Below are positions 45,464 through 53,757 of a stretch of 57,828 nt of DNA, piece by piece. Under the pieces are notes generated by a model. It searched no databases and was not told where the DNA came from. It worked only from the letters and a program-made list of their open reading frames with translations. Both the position numbers and the translations under genes were made by a program. The DNA lies in the IMG/VR virus record IMGVR_UViG_3300042355_000871, positions 1-57,828 of that record; one strand, given 5' to 3'. Source of the DNA: a virus. Lineage: Duplodnaviria > Caudoviricetes. Each line of letters begins with the position of its first letter. Position 1 is the stretch's first letter.

Positions 45464-46175
45464 TGATGATCTCCGGTTCTGGATTCGGGCGCAGGCGCTC
45501 GTCGCGGGCCTGCAAAATTGGCTTTTCGAAGTAGGCGATGTTCACGCGTTCGCCGCGGCGATGCAGGCTTTCGGCGGCTTTCATGATGCCGTTCCGAACG
45601 TCGTCCATCGTGCAGGTTGGGCCACCGTTCGGCTTCAGAAGGCGAACGATTGGGGCCAGGACCATCGGTCCCGCTGTTTGCACGAGCGATCCGTTAGCCC
45701 ACTTCCGGCAAGCGGCTTCGAGTTGGTCGAGGTCGCTTCCGTCAACGTTCGAAAAATCAAACGCGGGCGCCGTTATCAGATCATCTCTTACTTCTGTATC
45801 TGGTTCTGATTTCGCGCGCGTTGTTCTCGCTGGTGTTTCTTCAGCATTGTTTTTGTTAGGTCTGGTCCGATTTTCAGCCTGTTTATCTTGATATGTTCTC
45901 TGCTTTTCGAGCACTTCATCTGCACGAGAATTGGAGATCATCCCGTTTTGAACGTGGAGTTTCCCCATCGCGACCAGTTCGTCGCGGACCTGTTTCCACT
46001 TGCGGACAGAGCAGCCGACATAGCGGGAGATGAAGCCAGGCTCATCGCTGACAGGACCGCCCCGCGTGTACATCAGGTTCAAAACCATGATGTATGCGCC
46101 CTTCAATTCGAGGCTCATTTCCTGAGTGCCTTCGAAGAAGTCGCGGGGGTACATGGGGTAATAGGGAAGGCTCAT
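45288..46175 (-). CDS. Replication initiator, DUF1376/YdaU-like
   Basis: MSLPYYPMYPRDFFEGT..MS.E.KGAY..L...Y...G; internal AT-rich tract near 45770-45910. Confidence 0.85.
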   Translation of the reverse strand: MSLPYYPMYPRDFFEGTQEMSLELKGAYIMVLNLMYTRGGPVSDEPGFISRYVGCSVRKWKQVRDELVAMGKLHVQNGMISNSRADEVLEKQRTYQDKQAENRTRPNKNNAEETPARTTRAKSEPDTEVRDDLITAPAFDFSNVDGSDLDQLEAACRKWANGSLVQTAGPMVLAPIVRLLKPNGGPTCTMDDVRNGIMKAAESLHRRGERVNIAYFEKPILQARDERLRPNPEPEIINGGHERSSPAGRGQAYRGRGPSEDILDRALANLDGRQARPDIIEHTGPTRARAAAGGV

Positions 46176-46504
46176 TCCGCGCCCCCCAGCACCGCGTTGC
46201 TGCGGTACTCCCAAAGCCCATCGACGCCGTCCTCAGTGCGGCGGCGGCTTTCCATCGCCTCCTCGCCGTAGAGCTTGCGGATGTCGCGCAGGCGGGCTGA
46301 GAGGGAGGCTTCCGGGTCGCGCTTGCCGGTCATGGCCTGGATGCGCGTCTGGATCTCTGCGAGCGTGCGCCAGCGGCCATCGGACATGGCTTGCAGGACG
46401 CGGGTGAGCTGTGCGCCGAGGCGCTTTGCGTCGAGGTCAGCGTTGAAGGTGCGACCACCAAAGGCAAAAAGCGGCAGATCGTCAGGGGCTTGCTGCTCGA
46501 TCAT
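46172..46504 (-). CDS. Winged-HTH protein
   Basis: MSDGRWRTLAEI...EASLSARLRDIRK...WEYR. Confidence 0.7.
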   Translation of the reverse strand: MIEQQAPDDLPLFAFGGRTFNADLDAKRLGAQLTRVLQAMSDGRWRTLAEIQTRIQAMTGKRDPEASLSARLRDIRKLYGEEAMESRRRTEDGVDGLWEYRSNAVLGGAE

Positions 46505-46716
46505 TTGCGCTTCACCGGCTTCGGGACGGATCGCGCCTCGGTTTTCGGCCCTGTTTGGAGGCGAGCATCGCCAAGTCCGAGGCTGAGAACCTGGTTGGCG
46601 TGTCGGGCTGTTTCCATGTTCCAGCCGAATGCCGTCGCAAGGTCGTTGATGGTCTTGCATTTGGGATTGTGGGCGATGGCGCGGATTTCGTCGGCGCGAT
46701 CGATGATCTCGCTCAT
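46501..46716 (-). CDS. Small hypothetical (HTH-like) protein
   Basis: GGAG SD; TINDLATAFGW. Confidence 0.55.
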   Translation of the reverse strand: MSEIIDRADEIRAIAHNPKCKTINDLATAFGWNMETARHANQVLSLGLGDARLQTGPKTEARSVPKPVKRK

Positions 46717-47049
46717 GCCAAACGCTCCGCAGCAAACGCCTTGGAACGGTCATCAATTTCGAGAATTATGATGAAGTCGCGTGTCACGTTGCGGAGGTCC
46801 ATTCCGTAAAGACGGCGATGTATTCGCGAGCCCGGCGTTACAGCGCCGGGTTCGTTCGTTTCAGGGTCCGTGTTGAAGGGTCAGCGACGCCGGGTGGGTG
46901 CCGGGGGGCTTGGATCCGGCGTCGCTGTTCGCGCGGGTTTGGGGGACGCGCGAATTGGAATGGGGGTGGACGGACTTGCGCCCAGAACAAAACCGGAACA
47001 ACATGCCACGGGATTGGGATGGAAAGGGGGTTGGGTTTTGGTCAATGCA

Positions 47050-47253
47050 ATGATGGACGGGCCTGTCGATTTCAGCATCGACGGGGACAGGGTTGTCGTC
47101 CGCGGCACCAGCGACGGCGATAAAGTGACGGTGACGCTGCGTATTGCTGACGCGCTGATTTCCGCGCACCGCTTTGAAAAAGCTTATGAAAACCGGACGA
47201 GCGGAGATGTCGTGCAGGTGGACTTCCGAGCGCGTCATGCTGACACCGCCTGA
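47050..47253 (+). CDS. Hypothetical protein, antisense in the early-left operon
   Basis: Globular-looking 67 aa; start uncertain. Confidence 0.35.
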   Translation: MMDGPVDFSIDGDRVVVRGTSDGDKVTVTLRIADALISAHRFEKAYENRTSGDVVQVDFRARHADTA

Positions 47254-47522
47254 CGCTCGCGCGAAACAGAGCGGCGCTGCCCTTCCCTTTTGGCTTTTTC
47301 GGCCAATACCTTACGTTTCTGGGCCGCTGTGATCTGTGCTAGAAGGGCTTCCGTCACATGGAACCCGCGACGGTTGGCAGCTTTCACGAGGCCAGACCAA
47401 TGCTCTGGCGGAACGCGGTTGCGCCTGATCCACTGATGCGCAGTCATGTACTCGACCCCCAGCGCGTCAGCGAAATCGGAGGTCTTTCCCCACAAGGCTA
47501 TGATGTCGGAAACGTTCTTCAT
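47235..47522 (-). CDS. cro: Cro-like HTH repressor
   Basis: IIALWG....FADALGV...TAHQW..RNRVPPEHW; divergent from cI. Confidence 0.8.
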   Translation of the reverse strand: MKNVSDIIALWGKTSDFADALGVEYMTAHQWIRRNRVPPEHWSGLVKAANRRGFHVTEALLAQITAAQKRKVLAEKAKREGQRRSVSRERQAVSA

Positions 47523-47528
47523 GTGCCG

Positions 47529-47592
47529 ACCATACATAACGTATTCGGGCTGTCAATACGACACGTATGGAGGAGAGTGCTACACTCTGTAT
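47529..47592. promoter_or_regulatory. Immunity switch: three ATAC-N5-GTAT operators and divergent promoters
   Basis: Operators at 47532-44, 47556-68 and 47580-92 (one mismatch). Minus-strand TTGACA-N16-TATGGT; plus-strand -10 TACACT at 47581. Confidence 0.8.
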
Positions 47593-47593
47593 T

Positions 47594-47944
47594 ATGGCGA
47601 CAGATGCAGAAATAGGCGCACGGCTGGCGCAGGCGCGCGAAGCGAAGAAGCTCTCGCGTGAGCAGCTAGCGGAGCGCGTTGGTTTCTCGCTCGCAACGGT
47701 CCAGCATCACGAGAACGGCGTTCGTGGCATCCGCAGGCCAGCCGCCGAAACCTACCGCAAAGTATTGCGCTTCTCTATGGAATGGCTCTACTCAGGCGTT
47801 GGCGACCCGACCGAAGGGCCAGGAGCCGATCCGCATACCGCCGAGCTTGTCAGCATTATGCCCAAGCTCGATGAAGCGCGCAGAACCCAGCTAACCGAAT
47901 ACGCACGGTTTCTGGCGAACCAGCGCAAGGCCGACAAAAGCTAA
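47594..47944 (+). CDS. cI: XRE-family CI-like repressor (no S24 peptidase domain)
   Basis: IGARLAQAREAKKLSREQLAERVG....VQHHENG.R...EWLYSG.G. Confidence 0.85.
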   Translation: MATDAEIGARLAQAREAKKLSREQLAERVGFSLATVQHHENGVRGIRRPAAETYRKVLRFSMEWLYSGVGDPTEGPGADPHTAELVSIMPKLDEARRTQLTEYARFLANQRKADKS

Positions 47945-47972
47945 CAGCCGATTTCCCGGCGTTAGGCATTTT
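47941..47972 (+). terminator. Putative terminator after the repressor
   Basis: CTAAC(A)GCCG-loop-CGGCGTTAG followed by GCATTTT. Confidence 0.45.
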
Positions 47973-47986
47973 CTCGGCCAGAAATC

Positions 47987-48026
47987 ATACAACACGTATT
48001 GACAGGTAAAATACGTTCTGTATTGT
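47987..48026 (+). promoter_or_regulatory. Early rightward promoter with two ATAC-N5-GTAT operators
   Basis: TTGACA(47999-48004)-N16-TATTGT(48021-26); operators at 47987-99 and 48011-23. Confidence 0.85.
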
Positions 48027-48049
48027 CCTCTCCATAGACGGAGAGACAC

Positions 48050-48409
48050 ATGACCTACTCAGCCGACGAACTAGTCCAGATGGCGCTGACCTTCACGCGC
48101 CGCACCAGCGAGGCGCTTGCCGCGCTTGAGCTGCCCTCCCGCACTGACGGCGAGATGTTCGAGGGGATGCTGGACCAAGTCGCCGACAACCTGATGGTCT
48201 GCGAGCACTCGTGGGACTTGTTCGCCAGCACAGCGCGCGAAGAGTTCTTCGGCTCCGACGCATGCGCAACTGATCGCAAGCGCTGGCGCAATCTGGCCTC
48301 CGACGCTCGCGAGCAACTGGACCGCTCATGGGCTGCTGAGTGCGAGGCCGATCGTGCGGACTACTACAACGATCTGGCCCGTGACGAGCGTCTCATGGGT
48401 GCAGCATGA
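48050..48409 (+). CDS. Hypothetical early protein
   Basis: GGAG SD; first gene after the promoter. Confidence 0.7.
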   Translation: MTYSADELVQMALTFTRRTSEALAALELPSRTDGEMFEGMLDQVADNLMVCEHSWDLFASTAREEFFGSDACATDRKRWRNLASDAREQLDRSWAAECEADRADYYNDLARDERLMGAA

Positions 48410-48579
48410 GCTTCGATCTCACACAACATCTCGCCCGCTCCGCAGAGGTCACCGCGTTCGACCTCACCGCGCATTTGAAGCCGCGCCAGACAATCAACCT
48501 TGTGCGGACGACGTGCGCAGTGAAGCGCCGCCCTCTGAGCGAGGATCGCACATTTCAAACAAAGGGACTGAAATCATGA
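48406..48579 (+). CDS. Small protein paralogous to 50745-50909 (not in ORF track)
   Basis: MSFDLTQHLARSAEVTAFDLTAHLKPRQTINLVRTTC...; ATGA overlaps at both ends. Confidence 0.65.
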   Translation: MSFDLTQHLARSAEVTAFDLTAHLKPRQTINLVRTTCAVKRRPLSEDRTFQTKGLKS

Positions 48580-49469
48580 CCGCACTAGCACGCCAGGAAC
48601 AACGGATGACGTCTCTGGAGGAGATGCAGGCGTTCGCGGAGGCCGCCGTGCGCTCCAAGTTCTACGGCTTCAAGACAGCCGATGAAATGCTTCCGCTGAT
48701 GATCATTGCGCAGAGCGAGGGTCGCTCGTTTGCCTCGGTCGTGCAGGAATACGACATCATCAGCGGCAAGCCCTCACTCAAGGCCGAAGCCATGCTGGCG
48801 CGGTTCCAGAAGTCTGGCGGGCATATCCAGTGGACGGAGCTTTCGGACGCCCGCTGCGCTGCGATTTTCTCCCATCCCCAATGCTCGCCTGTTGAGATCG
48901 ATTGGGACATGCGGCGGGCTCAGCAGGCTCAGATCAAAAACCATATGTGGGCGAAATATCCCCGCAACATGCTCAAGGCGCGCGTCATCAGCGACGGAGT
49001 GCGGACAGCATTCCCGGCCTGCCTTGGCGGAATGTACACGCCAGAAGAGGTCAGCGAATTTGCACCCGCGCGCCCGCAAGTCTCTCCCCCGCCGGCGCGC
49101 GGTCAACTGGCAGCTCCCGATGAGCCTGGACAGGCGGAAACGCATCGGGAGCTGCCCTCTCTCAAGCACAGCTTCACGGGCGACAGTGAAAGCGACGGCC
49201 TGCCCAAAGGCAAGTCTGCACATGCAGCGCGCAAGAATGGCGATTGGCAGCGTGTCTCGGAACGTCTGGACGAGGAGCTGAAGGACTGCGCCACGAAGGC
49301 CGAAGCGACGATGTGGTGGGAGAAGGTCCGCACCACGGACGAAGAGTATCAGGCGCTCCCGCAGGACTGGCGCAAGACCTACCGCGACGAACACTACCTG
49401 CCGGTTCTGGCTGGCCTCGATGACGAAGCCGAGGTGGTCGAGTGGGAAGAAGCTGGGGCTCGCGGCTGA
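48576..49469 (+). CDS. RecT/Redbeta-like single-strand annealing protein
   Basis: II.GKPSL.A..M...WAKYPRNMLKAR.IS...R..FP..L.GMYTPEE. Confidence 0.8.
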   Translation: MTALARQEQRMTSLEEMQAFAEAAVRSKFYGFKTADEMLPLMIIAQSEGRSFASVVQEYDIISGKPSLKAEAMLARFQKSGGHIQWTELSDARCAAIFSHPQCSPVEIDWDMRRAQQAQIKNHMWAKYPRNMLKARVISDGVRTAFPACLGGMYTPEEVSEFAPARPQVSPPPARGQLAAPDEPGQAETHRELPSLKHSFTGDSESDGLPKGKSAHAARKNGDWQRVSERLDEELKDCATKAEATMWWEKVRTTDEEYQALPQDWRKTYRDEHYLPVLAGLDDEAEVVEWEEAGARG

Positions 49470-49861
49470 TGGGTCGGGCGCTTCTGGTCCTGCACAATGA
49501 CGCAATGCGCGCCAAGGCGATCGACTGGATACGTCGAGCGCCAGCGGAAACCCGTGTCACGTTCCAAGGCCCGAAGCGCACGCTGGATCAGAACTCGCGT
49601 CTTTGGGCAATGCTCACAGAGCTTTCCACGCAGCTTCTCTGGCACGGACAGCGCCTGTCTACGGAAGATTGGAAGCAGGTGATGCTCGCATCTCTGAAGC
49701 AGGAAATGCGCATCGTGCCGAACATTCACGGCGACGGCTTCGTCCAGCTTGGCCGGTCATCGTCCGATCTGTCGAAGGACGAGATGACAGACCTGATGAC
49801 GATCATTGAAGCGTTCGCGGCTCGCTATGGCGTCAAGATGAAGGAGCCTGCCGATGCTTGA
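49469..49861 (+). CDS. ninB: NinB-family recombination protein
   Basis: KRTLDQNSRLWAML...EDWK...G.SSS.LSK.EM.DL...IEAF.A..GV. Confidence 0.9.
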   Translation: MGRALLVLHNDAMRAKAIDWIRRAPAETRVTFQGPKRTLDQNSRLWAMLTELSTQLLWHGQRLSTEDWKQVMLASLKQEMRIVPNIHGDGFVQLGRSSSDLSKDEMTDLMTIIEAFAARYGVKMKEPADA

Positions 49862-50264
49862 TCTTCCCAAGCCAGAGCGCCGCCGCAGCTTCACACCCAA
49901 GCAGCGCAACATGGTCGCCACTCGCCAGGATTGGCTGTGCAACGTCTGCAAGGTGGATCTGTGCGGGATCGCTTTCGATATCGACCACATCCAGCGCATC
50001 GATGCGCTAGGCAAACACGAGCCGGAAAACTGGCAGGCGCTGTGCAAACCTTGCCACGCTGACAAGACGCGCGTGGACAATCGCGAGGCGAAAAAGGGCC
50101 GTCGCATCCGTCAGGAGAACAAGCCCCGCGTCACGAAGGCAATCCCCTCTCGCGGCTTCGGTCGGATGCCGGAAAGCCGCTCGCCGTCGAGATGGCAAAG
50201 CGCAGGCTTCAGCGAGACGCTGCGCAAACGAATGAACGGTAAAGTTGAAAGGGTTGAGACATGA
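49854..50264 (+). CDS. HNH endonuclease
   Basis: CNVC...DIDHI.....GKH...NWQALCKPCH..KT. Confidence 0.88.
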   Translation: MLDLPKPERRRSFTPKQRNMVATRQDWLCNVCKVDLCGIAFDIDHIQRIDALGKHEPENWQALCKPCHADKTRVDNREAKKGRRIRQENKPRVTKAIPSRGFGRMPESRSPSRWQSAGFSETLRKRMNGKVERVET

Positions 50265-50473
50265 CCGAACGCAAAATCATCACCGAATACGTCCACCCGC
50301 CAATCCCGATGCGCAACAACGACTGGCGCGCGACGCGTGAAGGCGATGACGAGGATTACATTGTCGGATGGGGCTCCACCGAACAGGACGCCATTGACGA
50401 TCTGATCGCTGAAGAGGGCGCAGCGCAGGACGAGGCGGAAGCCCGTGCGGCGCGGAAGGCGGTGTCGGCATGA
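50261..50473 (+). CDS. Hypothetical protein
   Basis: PPIP.R..DW.A...G.G.TE..AI.DL; ATGA-coupled. Confidence 0.65.
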   Translation: MTERKIITEYVHPPIPMRNNDWRATREGDDEDYIVGWGSTEQDAIDDLIAEEGAAQDEAEARAARKAVSA

Positions 50474-50748
50474 ACCTGATTGATGAAATCAACGAGACGG
50501 CAGACTTGCTTGATCTGTCTGCTGACGTGATCGAACGCCTGATCGGCACGCTTGAACGGATTGCAGGCGAAGCGCCGGCCAAAGAGCCGAGCGATGGCCC
50601 GACCGTCGCCTGGCCCCCAAACTGGTCCGACGATCTGCGGGACACCGTCAACGACATGATCCAGCAGGCATTCAACGAAGGCCACACCCGCGCCTTGTGG
50701 GAGCTTGGGCAGATCGCAGACAAAGCATTGAAGACGGTGACGGAATGA
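50470..50748 (+). CDS. Hypothetical protein
   Basis: ATGA-coupled. Confidence 0.6.
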   Translation: MNLIDEINETADLLDLSADVIERLIGTLERIAGEAPAKEPSDGPTVAWPPNWSDDLRDTVNDMIQQAFNEGHTRALWELGQIADKALKTVTE

Positions 50749-50909
50749 TCGCGCAGCTCCAATCCCTCACCCGCCCCGCCTTCGCGCTCACGGAGCACCT
50801 AGCCCGCAGCGCCGAGGTGTCGGCGTTCGACCTCACCGACCACATGCGCAAGCGCCAGCCAATCAACGTGGTGCGCTCGACGTGCAAGCTGCTGCGGAGG
50901 CCGATATGA
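50745..50909 (+). CDS. Small protein paralogous to 48406-48579
   Basis: FALTEHLARSAEVSAFDLTDHMRKRQPINVVRSTC. Confidence 0.65.
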   Translation: MIAQLQSLTRPAFALTEHLARSAEVSAFDLTDHMRKRQPINVVRSTCKLLRRPI

Positions 50910-51235
50910 GCAACATGAACACGCTGATTGCCGACCTAGAGGCCATCCCGCTTGCGGACATGACGGAGCGGGACCAGCTAACATTTGCTGCCGCAATCGG
51001 ACATTTGCGCCGCTTGTCTGATCGCGTTCACACGCTGGAAATTCGCCTGCATGGCGCCGCGCAAGCCGAAGGTGCCGCAACATTGCTTGAAGAAACCGTT
51101 GCGACGTTTCTCGACGCTTACACGGCGTTCAACAACGACGAGCTTGACGAGGTGTCTATGAACGACGCCGAGCACGAAATGAAGCTTGCAATGTACGCAT
51201 TTCGCGAGACCCGCACGCTCAAGGGTGCCGCATGA
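50906..51235 (+). CDS. Hypothetical protein
   Basis: GGAGG SD; ATGA-coupled. Confidence 0.6.
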   Translation: MSNMNTLIADLEAIPLADMTERDQLTFAAAIGHLRRLSDRVHTLEIRLHGAAQAEGAATLLEETVATFLDAYTAFNNDELDEVSMNDAEHEMKLAMYAFRETRTLKGAA

Positions 51236-51414
51236 CCGCCACCATTCACCAACTCCGCCCCCACGCGCCCATCGCCATCCCCGCCGACACCATCCGCGCC
51301 GACTGCGAGCGCCTGATGCGCCGGCTGGTGCGTGACGGCCGCACGCCGGAGGCCGAGTTGCGGCTGCTGGCTGATCTGCTGGACCACATCATTGTGCGCG
51401 TGGAGGAGGCATGA
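51232..51414 (+). CDS. Hypothetical protein
   Basis: ATGA-coupled. Confidence 0.55.
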   Translation: MTATIHQLRPHAPIAIPADTIRADCERLMRRLVRDGRTPEAELRLLADLLDHIIVRVEEA

Positions 51415-51995
51415 CCCCCGACGACATGCTGGCCCGCTATGAGGTTCCGCTAATCGACTATCCCGCAAAGCAGTTTGCCGAGAAGGCGCGGCAATTGTCG
51501 GTCAGGATTTGCGATAAGCAGCACGCGGTGCAGCTTGTTCGGTTGTGGCATAGCCGCTTGCCCAAAACGCAACAGGGTCCGTGGGTTTGCGCGTTCTCTG
51601 CGGAGTATGCGGGACGCTCTTACGCGGTCGCGTTGTGGAACAATCCCAGCGCCCGCAACCTGCCGGAAGACTGGCTTGAACTGCGCCGCCTCGCGGCCTC
51701 GCCTGACGCGCCCCGCAACACCTGCTCATTCATGCTTGCGCGCATGGCCGAATGGTTTCGCGTTAACCGGCCCGATGTGTCGCGGCTTATCAGCTATCAA
51801 GACACGGCAGTCCATCACGGCACAATCTACAAAGCGGCCAATTGGCAATCTGCCTGGGTGACGAAGTCGCGCGTGCGCGACAGGTCAAAGCCGCGCGTTG
51901 GAACGCGGCGGGACTACCGCTCCAATCTCAACGGCGTTGATGCAGACGCATCCGAAAAGGTGCGGTGGGAATTTACATTGAAGGCAGCAGCATGA
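51411..51995 (+). CDS. Mom-like GNAT-fold DNA modification protein
   Basis: WHSRLP...AVALW.NP.AR...LELRRLA....PRNTCSF.LA...RLISYQD...H.GTIYKAANW. Confidence 0.8.
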   Translation: MTPDDMLARYEVPLIDYPAKQFAEKARQLSVRICDKQHAVQLVRLWHSRLPKTQQGPWVCAFSAEYAGRSYAVALWNNPSARNLPEDWLELRRLAASPDAPRNTCSFMLARMAEWFRVNRPDVSRLISYQDTAVHHGTIYKAANWQSAWVTKSRVRDRSKPRVGTRRDYRSNLNGVDADASEKVRWEFTLKAAA

Positions 51996-52111
51996 CCCCC
52001 GACGAAATCGACCGCCTCTATCAATCCGTGATGCTCGCCGCGCCGATGGCGTTGCTTGGCGTGGTGATGTTCATGGCGGTGTGGCTTTGGCCTGTGGGAG
52101 GGAAGAGATGA
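51992..52111 (+). CDS. Small single-TM protein
   Basis: MTPDEIDRLYQSVMLAAPMALLGVVMFMAVWLWPVGGKR; ATGA overlaps at both ends. Confidence 0.5.
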   Translation: MTPDEIDRLYQSVMLAAPMALLGVVMFMAVWLWPVGGKR

Positions 52112-52894
52112 GTGAGCTAGACCCCCGCGCGCTGGAGGCGGCTGCAAGGGTAATCTATCACGGCACGCCGATGACCCCGCGCGCTGCGCTTCTTGACGTG
52201 CTGTCAGGCCGCGCTGGCTGCGTCTCTTTCTTCCGCCCCGATGACGTGGAGGCAGTGGAGGCTGTGTGTCCTCGCGTGATGTTTCGACAACGGCGCTTTC
52301 AGCTTCTGGATGGAAGCACTCAGGCGCGGCGAGGAATGGGACGACAAGCCGCGAGACTGGACGCCGTACTATCGGTGGCTAGAGCCACGGCTGCACGTCG
52401 CGGGCCGATGGGCGGTCATACCGGACATGCCGGGAGCGCCGTCCCAGCTCAACGACAGCCTGCTGGCCGACTGGCCCTATGGCACAAAGCTGGGCGTCCC
52501 GCTCTGGCATATGGACGGCCCGCTGGATCGGCTGGGGCGCCTCTGCGAGCGATACGACACGGTTGCGCTGGGATGGATCGGAGACCCGAAACGGGAGCCG
52601 GTCGGCTGCGACAGATATCAGCGGCGCATGGACGAGGTCGCCAGACTGTTCGGCAACCGCTGGCCCAACACGCACATGATGCGCGGCATCAAGGTCGCGT
52701 TTGACTACCCCTTCATCAGCGCCGACGCCACGAGCCTTGCGCAGAACGGACACCGCTATGACAGCCCAATTGATACAGCCTGCGGCGACCAGTGGCGAGG
52801 CCGACGCGCCTACGCGGACAAGCTCGAAAGGCGTCGTCCCGAACATCACAGGTCTTACCGGCGTGACCGAGTTGTTGAGCGCGAAACACTATGA
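52108..52894 (+). CDS. TGT/DpdA-like (deazaguanine transglycosylase-fold) protein split by a +1 frameshift at 52282-52287
   Basis: First frame YHGTPMTP...CVSF.RP...VMF; +1 frame DNGAFSFW...AVIPD...PLWHM...HMMRG...YPFISADATS. Junction ATG TTT CGA C. Confidence 0.7.
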
Positions 52895-53189
52895 CCCGAT
52901 CATGAACGAAGGTCTACACGCTCACGTCTGGACGGTGACGGCTTACTGGCGGTCAGAGAACTTTCGCGACGGAAGAATGCTCAAGGGCGCTCTGCGCACA
53001 TTGCTTGATGCTCTGCCGGACGCTGACGGGATATTGCCGCCTGAGTTGTGGTCGGGCGAGGCCATCGCACAGCGCGTCCTGCTGCTTGCGGAATGTGTTG
53101 GCGCAAGCGTGACCCGCCCCGAAGGCTTTGAAGCATGGTCCGCCATGATCGACGCCGCCCCTCCAGCAGCACAGGAGCCGCGCCCATGA
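52833..53189 (+). CDS. QueD/6-pyruvoyl-tetrahydropterin-synthase-like T-fold protein (start uncertain)
   Basis: LSAKH...GLHAHVWTV resembles QueD FxAAH...LHGH; SGEAIA resembles the T/SxExxA motif. Candidate GTG at 52863. Confidence 0.55.
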   Translation, partial: VVPNITGLTGVTELLSAKHYDPIMNEGLHAHVWTVTAYWRSENFRDGRMLKGALRTLLDALPDADGILPPELWSGEAIAQRVLLLAECVGASVTRPEGFEAWSAMIDAAPPAAQEPRP

Positions 53190-53527
53190 GCACGAGTGAA
53201 CTGGTGGAGAGGCTGCGGGAAGGCGTTCCGTTCGAGCCTCGCGGAACTTTTAGCGGAAAGCTGATGTTTGAAGCAGCCGCCCGGCTCGATGAGCTGGAGC
53301 GGGAGAACGCGAGGCTTCAGAAAGAGCGGGACTACGCCGTCAAGTGGGGCAATGCGTCCGTTGAAAGCGTACAAGAAGCGATGTGGCGCTATCAAGATGC
53401 GCTGCGTGCTGTGTTCGCTCGCCTCGATCATCCCGGCAATGCCGATCAGCGCGTGCAATACTTTCTGCGCTGGCCCGAAATCAAAGAAGCCCGCGCAACA
53501 CTAGCAGCACAGGAGCCGCGCCCATGA
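53165..53527 (+). repeat. 25-bp exact direct repeat at gene junctions (53165-53189; 53503-53527)
   Basis: AGCAGCACAGGAGCCGCGCCCATGA, containing the SD and ATGA overlap. Confidence 0.9.
53186..53527 (+). CDS. Hypothetical protein (ELVERLR...EAAARLDELERE type)
   Basis: Shares N-terminal, middle and C-terminal blocks with 53758-54195. Confidence 0.65.
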   Translation: MSTSELVERLREGVPFEPRGTFSGKLMFEAAARLDELERENARLQKERDYAVKWGNASVESVQEAMWRYQDALRAVFARLDHPGNADQRVQYFLRWPEIKEARATLAAQEPRP

Positions 53528-53739
53528 TGCCCGAAATGACCGACTTCGAAGTTTTGAAAAAGCTTCTTGAATATCGCATCACGCTGAGACGGCGCGGCGG
53601 CAACGAGCCGGACTTTACGCACTACCTGCTTTCCATTGAGCGCGGCGATGGGATGAAAAGCGTGCAAATCGATAAATCGCAATGGGACACGCCAGCCGCA
53701 GCGCACGCCATGCGCCTGTTGTTGCACACCGTTGAGTGA
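53524..53739 (+). CDS. Hypothetical protein
   Basis: Starts in the repeated SD/ATGA junction. Confidence 0.55.
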   Translation: MMPEMTDFEVLKKLLEYRITLRRRGGNEPDFTHYLLSIERGDGMKSVQIDKSQWDTPAAAHAMRLLLHTVE

Positions 53740-53757
53740 AATGAAGGACCCCCGCCC

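Noticed and set aside
52288-52704. C-terminal part of the 207-aa track ORF as a real protein
   Set aside because: After TTT CGA the frame becomes Arg/Gly/Ala-rich with no motifs, while the +1 frame holds the conserved motifs.
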